Of a DNA stretch of 41,905 nt, positions 9,811 through 18,985 are shown one piece after another. Location of the stretch: assembly GCA_023266675.1 (NCBI GenBank), contig JAHFPP010000004.1:1-41905 (forward strand), written 5' to 3'. The DNA is from Candidatus Woesearchaeota archaeon (GTDB lineage Archaea; Nanobdellota; Nanobdellia; Woesearchaeales; BM511). Positions within the stretch are counted from its first letter, which is position 1. Each line of letters begins with the position of its first letter. Under the pieces are notes generated by a model that searched no databases, was not told the origin of the DNA, and worked only from the letters and a program-made list of their open reading frames with translations. Position numbers and translations under genes: made by a program.

Positions 9811-10677
9811 TTAAATGTTTATTCCAAGGACTGTTCTTACGAGATATCCTACGCAGAAGCTTATGCCTGCAACTCCAAGGCTGATTAGTGTCATCTCAAA
9901 GAATCTCTTCTTAAATGGAAGGTCTTTTGCAACTGATGTATAAAATGTGAACATGAATATTATTAGTATTGCCGTGAATATTGTTGTAGCAAGCGCAAAG
10001 TATACGTTTGATGATAGGAAGTAAGGCAATACAAGGAAGATTACTGTGATTATATATGTCATACCTGTGTATATTGCTGCCCTGATAGGGTTGGCGTTTC
10101 CGTCTGCTTTTGATGAAAGGTATTCTGACGCTGCCATAGAAAAGGATGCTGCGATTCCTGCAACAATTCCTGCGAGAGCTATCAGTTTTGAGTTTTGAAG
10201 CGCAAAAGTGAGTCCTGCAAGCATTCCAGTGAATTCAACAAGAGCATCAGAGAGTCCAAGGACAATTGAGCCTATGTATTCAAGTTTTTCTTCATGGATC
10301 ATAGTAATTAGCTTTTGCTCATGCGCCTCTTCATCATGAAGAACGTTTTTTGCTTCAGGAACATCTTTTATTATGCTGTTGTATAGCGTTACCGCCTGAT
10401 TCTCTCCCATTTCCATAAGCTTTAATCCAAAGGTTAGTCCAAGTATTTTAGAGATAATATAATAGTACCATACAAAGAACATGTTTGGTTTAATGTCTTT
10501 TCCTGTCTGTTTCTTCCAGATTTCATAATGTCTCATTTCATCATGAGCTATTGCGACAAGTATCTTTTTGTTTTTAGGATTTTTTTCAGAATTTGAAAGT
10601 TTCGTATAAATTAAAGACTCAGTAATCTCATTACGTTGAGCTTTAAGTATTTTTTTAAGAGTTGACTCCGTATGCAT
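9811..10677 (-). CDS. Rubrerythrin/ferritin-like domain fused to VIT1/CCC1 Fe/Mn transporter
   Basis: N-terminal ExxH motifs (DEMRH, EEAHE); VLGLSDALVE and SMAASEYLS VIT1 motifs; multiple TM helices. Confidence 0.9.
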   Translation of the reverse strand: MHTESTLKKILKAQRNEITESLIYTKLSNSEKNPKNKKILVAIAHDEMRHYEIWKKQTGKDIKPNMFFVWYYYIISKILGLTFGLKLMEMGENQAVTLYNSIIKDVPEAKNVLHDEEAHEQKLITMIHEEKLEYIGSIVLGLSDALVEFTGMLAGLTFALQNSKLIALAGIVAGIAASFSMAASEYLSSKADGNANPIRAAIYTGMTYIITVIFLVLPYFLSSNVYFALATTIFTAILIIFMFTFYTSVAKDLPFKKRFFEMTLISLGVAGISFCVGYLVRTVLGINI

Positions 10678-10791
10678 TATCTTAATTAATTTGAGGGATT
10701 ATATAAAACTTTAGGATTGATGATTTACTTTTTAGTGAATTAGTATAACAGATAACAATTAATAAACCACTTAATAGGAGTAACTATAGAA

Positions 10792-11781
10792 ATGTTTTTA
10801 AACCGAGACTTCATTCTTGATAACATGGATAATTTAGAAAAACATTTGCTTGAATTTTTATCAAGGTATGGCGGACTAAGTGTAAGAGACAGCAAAATCC
10901 CATCATCTTCTGTAAGAAGTTCACAAGGACTGTCACCATACCCAATTAGAACTGTTAATCCTCCTGATTTTGAGCCATTAAAGATGAAAGAGATTTCGCT
11001 TGAAGAGTTTGAACGCATGCCATTATATGACATACCAAACAACCCGGATTCTGCGCTTATTGATATTGGTTCAAGCCTTGGCGCTGGCGCCACAAGAAAC
11101 TTTGCAAGAAGAAATCCTCATGTTCGTGTGATTATGATTGACAAAATGTTTAAATCATCACTTGAAACCCAGATGAATATAGATAGGGACCAGTACAAAG
11201 ACGAATTTGTCGTTGATTATGCCGATATGACCTCTGATATTGAAAAATTGGTAAATGATATATATAGGAAAAACGGATTTGAAAATGTCAGTTATATTAA
11301 CCATGAATTGACTTTCGATTCGCTTGGCCTTGAAAGAGTAAGATTGCTTGATGCTAAAAATGTTTATGTTACAGGTTTTAACAGCCCGAAAGGATTTGGA
11401 AGCCTTGTTTTGACGTTTGCAGAAATGATGAATGCAAGAAAGATTTATCTGTCACAGACAAAATTAGAGCAGACTCCTTTAGAAAGTGAAAACTATCACT
11501 TGATTGATGATTTTTTTGAAGATGCGAATATATCAGTAAAAACTGCAAAGAGAATTAAAGAATTGTTTTATGACGATGGAATTTTTGGAAAACCAAAATA
11601 TGAGTTTAACAATGAGGATGAACGTATGTTTGGAGCAGCGTTAAAACTTTTATTTGCTGTCTCACAAAAACATTTTCTTGAAAAACACGGATACTCTGTT
11701 GAGATTTTTGAGAATGAAAACAGTTTAAGAAATTTAAGCTACGCGTCACCGCTTCATTATATTGTTGCAACGAGAAAGTAA
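10792..11781 (+). CDS. Hypothetical protein with a possible class I SAM-binding motif
   Basis: 329 aa; LIDIGSSLGAG followed by VIMID resembles methyltransferase motifs I and II. Confidence 0.5.
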   Translation: MFLNRDFILDNMDNLEKHLLEFLSRYGGLSVRDSKIPSSSVRSSQGLSPYPIRTVNPPDFEPLKMKEISLEEFERMPLYDIPNNPDSALIDIGSSLGAGATRNFARRNPHVRVIMIDKMFKSSLETQMNIDRDQYKDEFVVDYADMTSDIEKLVNDIYRKNGFENVSYINHELTFDSLGLERVRLLDAKNVYVTGFNSPKGFGSLVLTFAEMMNARKIYLSQTKLEQTPLESENYHLIDDFFEDANISVKTAKRIKELFYDDGIFGKPKYEFNNEDERMFGAALKLLFAVSQKHFLEKHGYSVEIFENENSLRNLSYASPLHYIVATRK

Positions 11782-11803
11782 GATTAAGATAGATGTGATT
11801 ATT

Positions 11804-12391
11804 ATGTTAACTGATTTATTTAAACGATTGCGAAAAGTGGAAAGAGAAAAAAGAGAGGATGATATTAATAGTATTTATTTGCTTGTTCACCCATTTTACG
11901 CGTTACGTGACAAAAAACAAATAATTCATTTTGGTGATTTATGGAAAAAAAGTATAGATGATGCATCACAGAACAAGAATGCATTTGCAATAGTTTATTT
12001 TGAAGGAATTCCAAGCAAAAAAGATGTTCCTGAAAAATTAGAGTTTGCAAACAATACACCTTCTCAACTGGAGCTTGGAATAGGACGACATATTCAAAGC
12101 TCTTTTGGTATTAATAGGTCTAAGGTTATTATGGCAAGCAGCCCGTATAAACACATTGATTTTGCCTATGACCCAAAGATTAAATCAAGAATGGCTAACC
12201 CTAAAGAAATAACTGTAAGCGCGAGAGGAGTTTATGCAGATGCAGGCAGATGCGTAGAACACGGATTGCAAGCAGTTTTAGATGCTTATAATCTTTATTT
12301 AGGAAACAGCATGGTGATTTATGAAGAATCAGTTTTTTATAACAGAAATCTTGCGAGAAGACAAGGAGTTCCAGATAATGTCAGGATTTAG
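11804..12391 (+). CDS. Hypothetical protein, possible cysteine-hydrolase-like fold
   Basis: In-frame ATG at 11804; LLVHPFY and ARGVYADAGRCV motifs. Fold assignment is weak. Confidence 0.5.
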   Translation: MLTDLFKRLRKVEREKREDDINSIYLLVHPFYALRDKKQIIHFGDLWKKSIDDASQNKNAFAIVYFEGIPSKKDVPEKLEFANNTPSQLELGIGRHIQSSFGINRSKVIMASSPYKHIDFAYDPKIKSRMANPKEITVSARGVYADAGRCVEHGLQAVLDAYNLYLGNSMVIYEESVFYNRNLARRQGVPDNVRI

Positions 12392-12484
12392 TAATAAGTA
12401 AATAAACTTTTTCTATTTTAAAATAGTAACAATAAATAAGTTTTTATATAAGTTAACTTTGTAAACTCACTTGGGTGAAGTTTA

Positions 12485-13771
12485 ATGGGAAAGAATAAAG
12501 CTGTTATAGGAACGCAATGGGGCGATGAAGGCAAAGGCAAGATAATTGATTGGTTATCAGAAGATGCTGACGGAATTGTAAGATTTCAAGGCGCCAACAA
12601 TGCAGGACATAGCGCAATAATCACGTTAGAGGGTATAACACATTCTTTAAAATATAATTTAATACCTTCAGGTTATGCTCATCATGGAAAATGGAATCTG
12701 ATGGCAGCTGGCGAGATGATTGATCTTGCCCATTTAGTAAAAGAACAGAAACTCGTGTTTAATGAACTTGAAGGCAGAGTTGGAGAACTGCTGCTTGATC
12801 TTAGAGCATGTGTAACTATACCATATCATATTGGACTTGATAAAGCAAATAATGCTCACATAGGAACAACAAACCGCGGAGTTGGCCCTGCACATGAAGA
12901 CAGAGCAGGAAGAAGGGCAATTAGAATTCTTGATTTTGAAAATCCTGAAACATTAAAACAAAAGATTATTGAAAATACATTGCATGCTAACCATCTTCTA
13001 TTAATTGGGAAAAATCATGTTGAACAATATGACCCAAACAAAGTATTTGATGAAGTGATGGAGGCATATCAAAAAGTTAAAGGATTTACTAAAATAATTG
13101 ATGGAAAAAGATTCTTGGCCGAGAGAGTTAATGTAGACAATCAAACAGTATTGTTTGAACTTTCTCAAGGTTACATGCTTGATAATATATTAGGAACTTT
13201 TCCGATGGTTACATCTTCAAGAACCATCGCTAGTGAAGTCACTGCAGGAACAGGTGTTTATATTGAACTGGATAATAGAATAGGTGTTGTTAAAGCGTAT
13301 ACAACAAGGGTTGGCAATGGACACTTCACAACTGAATTAACTGACGATATAGGCAGAAGAATTCAAGAGGTTGGAAAAGAAGTTGGAACAACCACAGGTA
13401 GAACAAGAAGATGTGGATGGGTAGATTTAGTTCCAATATATGACGGCGACATAACAAACAAGTACACTGAATTAAATTTGACTAAGCTTGATGTTCTTAC
13501 AGGCATTCCGACAATTAAAGTTTGTACTGCATATGAACTTGACGGAAGCAAGATAGAGTTTATACCTCCAAATCTTTCTGATTATGAAAGGGTAAAACCT
13601 GTTTACATAGAACTTCCAGGATGGACACAGGACATAACAGGAGTCAGGGATTTTGATAAACTTCCACAAAATGCACAAAGATATGTTGATAAAATAGAAA
13701 ATTTAGTTAATATACCAATAAGATACATAGGCACTGGCCCTGAAAGAAACGATATGATAATAAGAAATTGA
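12485..13771 (+). CDS. purA: Adenylosuccinate synthetase
   Basis: QWGDEGKGK, NNAGH, IGTTNRGVGP, KAYTTRVG, GTTTGRTRRCGW, TKLDVL; GGTGA SD. Confidence 0.97.
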   Translation: MGKNKAVIGTQWGDEGKGKIIDWLSEDADGIVRFQGANNAGHSAIITLEGITHSLKYNLIPSGYAHHGKWNLMAAGEMIDLAHLVKEQKLVFNELEGRVGELLLDLRACVTIPYHIGLDKANNAHIGTTNRGVGPAHEDRAGRRAIRILDFENPETLKQKIIENTLHANHLLLIGKNHVEQYDPNKVFDEVMEAYQKVKGFTKIIDGKRFLAERVNVDNQTVLFELSQGYMLDNILGTFPMVTSSRTIASEVTAGTGVYIELDNRIGVVKAYTTRVGNGHFTTELTDDIGRRIQEVGKEVGTTTGRTRRCGWVDLVPIYDGDITNKYTELNLTKLDVLTGIPTIKVCTAYELDGSKIEFIPPNLSDYERVKPVYIELPGWTQDITGVRDFDKLPQNAQRYVDKIENLVNIPIRYIGTGPERNDMIIRN

Positions 13772-13817
13772 ATATTTGTTTATTTTTATTTTTTTAAAAT
13801 TTGTTTAAAAATTATTT

Positions 13818-15899
13818 TTATTTCTTCTTGTCAAAATAATTTGGGTCAACTAAATCTGTTTTCTTACGCATCTTTCTTAGTGCTTGCACTTCAATTTGCC
13901 TTATCCTTTCTCTGGTTATACCTCTTGGATCGCCAATTTCCTGAAGTGTTTCTTCGTCATCTCTATTTACTCCAAATCTCCTTTCTATTATTTCCCTTTC
14001 ATTAGGTGTTAGTACTGAAAGAAGCTGTCCAACAAGTTTTTTATCAGATAATTCCGTTAGATGTCTCTCAAACCTATCCTCTTCAGGTGTAAAAAGCTCT
14101 TCAAAAGTTGTATCTCCGTCACCAACAAATTGGTCAAATGATGTTTCAGCTTTAAAATTCATGTTTCTCAATTTTTGTATCTGCCTTTCTTTCATACCAG
14201 TCATCTTTGCAACTGTTGCTACTGATGGTACTTCACCATTTTTATCAATATAATCTGCATAAAATTTGCTTATCCTGCTATGCTGTTCGTAGACATGCCA
14301 AGGAAGCCTAACGCTTGCATCACCATCTGACATTGCACGCGTAATCTTTTGTCTTATCCACCACGTCGCATAAGTGCTAAACTTAAACCCTTTTGTGCCG
14401 TCAAACTTGTATGCTGCATTCATTAGTCCTATCGAGCCTTCCTGCACTCTGTCAAGAAAATCCAACCGTTTTGCATATGAATACTGTCTTGCAATTGATG
14501 CCACAAGAAGCAAATTTGCTTCAACCAAATCGTTTAATGCAACCGTGTCGCCGTTTTTTATTCGTATGGACAGTTCCTTCTCCTCTTTTGCAGTCAATAG
14601 AGGAGTTGCTGATATCTCGCTGAAATATGTTCTTTCAAGGTTTACTGATGTTGTTGAGAACTTTGCCAACTTTCCTTTGGAATTGTAGACAGGTACTCCT
14701 CTTATCATTTGATCTTCATGCACTATCTCCTCGACTTCAAGTGAGTCTTCAAGATTAAGTTCTGCTATCTTCCCTCTTAATTTCTGTTTTATTCTTCGTA
14801 TCTCTTCATTTCGTGTTAATTTCTTTGCGCTTCGTAAAGACAGGTTTCCTTCCTCTCTTCGCATCATGTAATCAATTAAGTCGTATCCTGTTATGTGATA
14901 AACACCAAAATGTGTATTAGTAGACTCAGGTTCTTCCTCATCAGCTTCAAACAGTTGACGCGGATGTGTTAATGGTCTTGTTTTTCTGTATTCACCATTA
15001 TTCACGTTTGGTTTTGCGCGCAGTTCTTTTCTGTCTATTGCCTCTGAAATCTCCCTGTATGAAATTTTGCAGAGTGACATCATTTCAAGTATGGTGTAGT
15101 CTGAGTTTGGTTTTATTTTTTTAAGCCCGAGATGTGCTGATTCTTTTTGTATCGCGTCAACATTTTTCCTTAATGACTCTACAATTTTGTGGTCTGGTTT
15201 GTATGGATATTGCTGTGTTAATTTGCCTTTGTCTTCAGCAGTTAATGATTCTTGCCCTGAGTTCTTTAGCTCCCAGAGGTCTTTTGCAAGCGAATTTAGC
15301 TCCATGTTGTCAAGTTTTATGAAACCCATTTTATATTTGATTGCCCTCACAACAGGAGGAGGTATCTGAATTGAGCTTCCAATTGTTGCGTCAGGTTCGT
15401 ATCTGTGGTCGCTTAGATATTGCATCTGATGAAGTGGAACTGAAATTTTAACGTCTTTTAGTATTTCTTCAATTGCTTTATATGAATGGCTTGTCTCAAC
15501 CTCATTAGATTGTGAGAACAAGTCTTTGAAATGTACAAGGCTTTCAAGAGGCACCATTGATAGTTTTGTGTTTCCGACAGAAACTTTGGTGGTGAGGGAT
15601 GGGTTTTCCTGAACTTTTTGAAAAACTTTGTCGGCTCCAATTATTGATGCCAGAAGAAACAGGTCTAGATGTGATTCATCATTTCTTAATGTTAAACCAT
15701 ATTCTTTTTTAAATGCATAGACTATTGACGCCCCAAGAACTCGACCGAGTGAATCGTATAACACTCCGTTGTTTGGATGTATTAATTTTGAATCCATAAG
15801 CCCTATGCTTTCAAGTTCATTATGTGAATATCTCTCGTGGAGAGCTATATTCTCAAGCGCTACAGATACTCGTTCCCGTCTTGCATCATATTCGTTCAT
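13818..15899 (-). CDS. RpoD-like sigma-70 factor (regions 1.2-4) with a ~420 aa N-terminal extension
   Basis: TYFSEISATPLLTAKEE (1.2); EANLLLVASIARQY...QEGSIGL...FSTYATWWIRQ (2); region 3 helix; TLQEIG...TRERIRQIEVQALRKMR (4.2). Confidence 0.93.
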   Translation of the reverse strand: MNEYDARRERVSVALENIALHERYSHNELESIGLMDSKLIHPNNGVLYDSLGRVLGASIVYAFKKEYGLTLRNDESHLDLFLLASIIGADKVFQKVQENPSLTTKVSVGNTKLSMVPLESLVHFKDLFSQSNEVETSHSYKAIEEILKDVKISVPLHQMQYLSDHRYEPDATIGSSIQIPPPVVRAIKYKMGFIKLDNMELNSLAKDLWELKNSGQESLTAEDKGKLTQQYPYKPDHKIVESLRKNVDAIQKESAHLGLKKIKPNSDYTILEMMSLCKISYREISEAIDRKELRAKPNVNNGEYRKTRPLTHPRQLFEADEEEPESTNTHFGVYHITGYDLIDYMMRREEGNLSLRSAKKLTRNEEIRRIKQKLRGKIAELNLEDSLEVEEIVHEDQMIRGVPVYNSKGKLAKFSTTSVNLERTYFSEISATPLLTAKEEKELSIRIKNGDTVALNDLVEANLLLVASIARQYSYAKRLDFLDRVQEGSIGLMNAAYKFDGTKGFKFSTYATWWIRQKITRAMSDGDASVRLPWHVYEQHSRISKFYADYIDKNGEVPSVATVAKMTGMKERQIQKLRNMNFKAETSFDQFVGDGDTTFEELFTPEEDRFERHLTELSDKKLVGQLLSVLTPNEREIIERRFGVNRDDEETLQEIGDPRGITRERIRQIEVQALRKMRKKTDLVDPNYFDKKK

Positions 15900-15900
15900 G

Positions 15901-17565
15901 TTATTGCCTGTTTTTTCCTAATTCTCTCATTAATAATTCTGCATCATCTTTATCTATATAACTTATTCCCTTTCTTGTTTCAGGCGCAATGCCCGCGCTC
16001 ATAAGCGCTTCAAAAAGCGCCTCTGGATTTATATTTTTGCTTGTTGCAAATTCCTGAAGCATTATCTGATTACTGTCTGCTGCAATGCTTCTATCTTTTT
16101 CATGTGAATCATTTTTTACTGATGCGTATTTGTTCAGTAGGCTCATTATTGATAATCCTGTTAATGCTTCTCTTTTTTTACCATCAACTTTTGTGGTCTT
16201 AAGTAATCCTAATTTTACTAATTCTCGCGCCACATAGGTGTGTGATGGTTTTTGAAGGACTTCATCAAGAAAAAATCTTTGAGTGTATACACCTTTCATG
16301 TCTATTTGAGGCAGTGTGTCCAATGATTCAAAGATAAGCAATCGTCTCAATGTTGACTCAAGTGAATTGTTGTTTGGCTGTTTTACTCCCTTACTCTTTG
16401 ATTGTGAAACTATATTAGTTCTTCCAGAATAATCTGATTCTGGTTTAACAACTCTTTGTTTTTTTACATGCTGCGTTGCTTGTTTAGAACTTACTTTTGC
16501 AGATGAATGTTCAAGTAACGCTTTTAAATTGTCATCAAGATGATATAATTTCTCCTTGCCATAATCTAATTTAGTTAATGGCTCTACAGCATTATTTATT
16601 CTTTTGTATGCTGTCGGATTGCTTATTCTATACATTGTTGCAAGCTGACTTATATTGTAATGATTTTCAGGCCGCATCACTGTCTTTTTCTCAGCTGTTT
16701 TTGGTTTTGAGCTTTCAAATATTTTCAAATTATCTTCAGTGATAAAAAATGAAGTTTCTTTCCCTTGTTTTCTTCTGTCTGAAAACATTCCTTTGTGTGT
16801 TGAAATTTTTACAGATATGTTTCCCTTTGTCTTTCCTGTAAATTCAGACAATTCTCGTGTTGTATAATATCTTCCAACTAAAAGCGTGTTGCCAACAGAA
16901 TCAGGGGTTATTTCAGATACACCATCTTCTTGCAGAATTCCGTCCTTCAATCGTATGTATTGTCTGTTTTCCTCAGTTATGTGATACAGTGTTCTTCCGT
17001 GTTCTTTTATTCTGGAAAATTCAGCTTTATGGTCTGAGATTATATTGTAAAGCGTGACTTTTTTTATTCCTGTGAGTTCTTCAAGCTGGTTAATTGAGTA
17101 GTGGTTTTTAGGCGCAATAAATTCAGTTTTTTCACCAGATTTTTCTTCAGAGTATTCTATAAGTGCAATGCTTCTATTGTCAGAAAGCATTAATGAGACT
17201 GGAGTTTCTGCATTTGTTCCTTCTGAAAATGGAAGATAACTTAAAAATAGTTTCTTCTGCTTTTTTATTTCTTTATAATCATCTTTTGAGACAGTGAAGC
17301 TGTGTTCAGCAGAGGCTGTTCCGTCATTTGGGTTTAGAAGTTTATAGGTCAGTGAGTTGCCGGAATATTCAAGATTGATATGCCGTTTTTCGCTGCTTAA
17401 TGTTCCGTTAGAATGGTATAAATAATCTGTTTCAAAAACTCCGTTTGATATCCTTTTTGCCTCTATAGTTACCTCACTGCCAAGCCACTCCTGAAAATTT
17501 CCCCTGTACGCTCTTTTTACAATAAGTTCAAGAGCTTCGTTTCCTTGATGTATTAGTCCAGACAA
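15901..17565 (-). CDS. Protein with tandem MerR/excisionase-like HTH repeats
   Basis: Three similar units: HYSINQLEELTGIKKVTLY, YYTTRELSEFTGKTKGNIS, HYNISQLATMYRISNPTAY. Further HTH-like segments at the C-terminus. Its stop lies 1 nt from the sigma start. Confidence 0.75.
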   Translation of the reverse strand: MSGLIHQGNEALELIVKRAYRGNFQEWLGSEVTIEAKRISNGVFETDYLYHSNGTLSSEKRHINLEYSGNSLTYKLLNPNDGTASAEHSFTVSKDDYKEIKKQKKLFLSYLPFSEGTNAETPVSLMLSDNRSIALIEYSEEKSGEKTEFIAPKNHYSINQLEELTGIKKVTLYNIISDHKAEFSRIKEHGRTLYHITEENRQYIRLKDGILQEDGVSEITPDSVGNTLLVGRYYTTRELSEFTGKTKGNISVKISTHKGMFSDRRKQGKETSFFITEDNLKIFESSKPKTAEKKTVMRPENHYNISQLATMYRISNPTAYKRINNAVEPLTKLDYGKEKLYHLDDNLKALLEHSSAKVSSKQATQHVKKQRVVKPESDYSGRTNIVSQSKSKGVKQPNNNSLESTLRRLLIFESLDTLPQIDMKGVYTQRFFLDEVLQKPSHTYVARELVKLGLLKTTKVDGKKREALTGLSIMSLLNKYASVKNDSHEKDRSIAADSNQIMLQEFATSKNINPEALFEALMSAGIAPETRKGISYIDKDDAELLMRELGKNRQ

Positions 17566-17611
17566 TTAAACCACAACTATTGTTTAGTAGTTAAATAATC
17601 TTTTGAACTTA

Positions 17612-17619
17612 TATATAAA
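17612..17619 (-). promoter_or_regulatory. Archaeal TATA box candidate (TTTATATA) for the multi-HTH/sigma operon
   Basis: Minus-strand TTTATATA about 50 nt upstream of the TTG start at 17565. Confidence 0.5.
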
Positions 17620-17721
17620 GACGATGGTTTTAATAAGTTAGGAAAAAAGGACTATTTTTTGAAATTTATAGGAGATTAGGTAAATATAGAAATATATAAA
17701 TTAAAATAAAAAACACTTCAT

Positions 17722-18936
17722 TCAAAACTTCAATTTCTTCAATCGTTCAATTGCTTCAAGCGTGTTTTCGCGTGTGTTAAATCCTGAGAATCGAAGGAAT
17801 CCTTCGCCAGCCGGTCCAAATCCTGCGCCGGGAGTTGTTACAACAAACGTTTTGTTTAGTATTTCTTCAAATACATCCCATGATTTTTTTCCTGGAAAAT
17901 GAGCCCATATGTAAGGCGCGTTTGTGCCGCCGTAAGTTTTGATGTTGAAAGATTCAAGCGCATTTTTAATTAAGCGTGTGTTTTCTAAATAGTGATCAAT
18001 TGTTTCTTTCATCTCAACTACTCCCTTATTGTCAAGCGCATAAAGTCCGCCGTATTGTGCAACATTTGACGCGCCGTTGAAAAGTGTTGTCATGACACGG
18101 TTCCAGTCTTTGTTTACTGACGAACCGTCATCATATGAAAGCAGCTGTGGAACAACTGTCCAACCGAGTCTAACGCCAGTGAATCCTGCTGGTTTTGAAA
18201 AGCTTGAGATTTCTATTGCAACTTCCTTTGCGCCTTCAACTTCATAGATTGATTTTGGAAGTTTTTCGTCGCTGATAAAAAAACTGTATGCTGAATCAAA
18301 AAGTATTATTGATTTGTTTTTCTTTGCAAAGTCAACAAGCTTTTTTAGTTCTTCGCGTGTTGCAACTGCACCTGTCGGGTTGTTTGGCGAGCAAAAGTAT
18401 ATCAAATCTGTTCTTGGAAGATTTTCAAGGTCAGGGAAAAAATTGTTTTCTGGCGTGCACTTCATGTATACAATCTTGTCAAACTGCCCTTTTTTCTCGT
18501 TGTATTTTCCTGTTGCGCCAATTATAACTGAGCCGTCAACGTAAACAGGATATGATGGGTCCTGTATTGCGACGCTTGCATCTTTTCCAAATAATACCTG
18601 AAGTCGTGAGATGTCGCATTTTGCGCCGTCAGAAACAAAAACTTCATCAGGACTTACAGCGCCGCCATAAATGTTTTCAGAAATCTTTCGTCGTAACGAA
18701 GTCATTCCCTGCTCGTCACCATATCCTGAGTATCCTTCTTTTGTTGAAAGCGCGTTTGACTCTTTTAGCAGCCCTTCAGTTATATGTAAGGACAAAGGAA
18801 GCGTTGTGTCGCCGACTCCAAGGCTTATAATTTTCGCATTTGGATTTTTTTCTGCGACTAACTTTTTTCGTCTGTTTATTTCCGGGAATAAGTATCCTGC
18901 TGTAAGTTTTGTAAAATTTTCATTTCTTTTTACCAT
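17722..18936 (-). CDS. dapL: LL-diaminopimelate aminotransferase
   Basis: GYLFPEI, ISLGVGDTT, GYGDEQG, SDGAKCD, CSPNNPTG, SFSKPAGFTGVRLGW. Confidence 0.96.
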   Translation of the reverse strand: MVKRNENFTKLTAGYLFPEINRRKKLVAEKNPNAKIISLGVGDTTLPLSLHITEGLLKESNALSTKEGYSGYGDEQGMTSLRRKISENIYGGAVSPDEVFVSDGAKCDISRLQVLFGKDASVAIQDPSYPVYVDGSVIIGATGKYNEKKGQFDKIVYMKCTPENNFFPDLENLPRTDLIYFCSPNNPTGAVATREELKKLVDFAKKNKSIILFDSAYSFFISDEKLPKSIYEVEGAKEVAIEISSFSKPAGFTGVRLGWTVVPQLLSYDDGSSVNKDWNRVMTTLFNGASNVAQYGGLYALDNKGVVEMKETIDHYLENTRLIKNALESFNIKTYGGTNAPYIWAHFPGKKSWDVFEEILNKTFVVTTPGAGFGPAGEGFLRFSGFNTRENTLEAIERLKKLKF

Positions 18937-18985
18937 TCATATTCCTCGCTGTGTAAATTAATATGGTTATTAGTGTTTTTATAAC

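Noticed and set aside
13818..15899. Calling the window bacterial, or naming the gene rpoD, because of the sigma factor
   Set aside because: NOG1, the tRNA style and TATA/leaderless promoters point to an archaeon. There is no dnaG linkage or region 1.1, so the housekeeping symbol is not justified.
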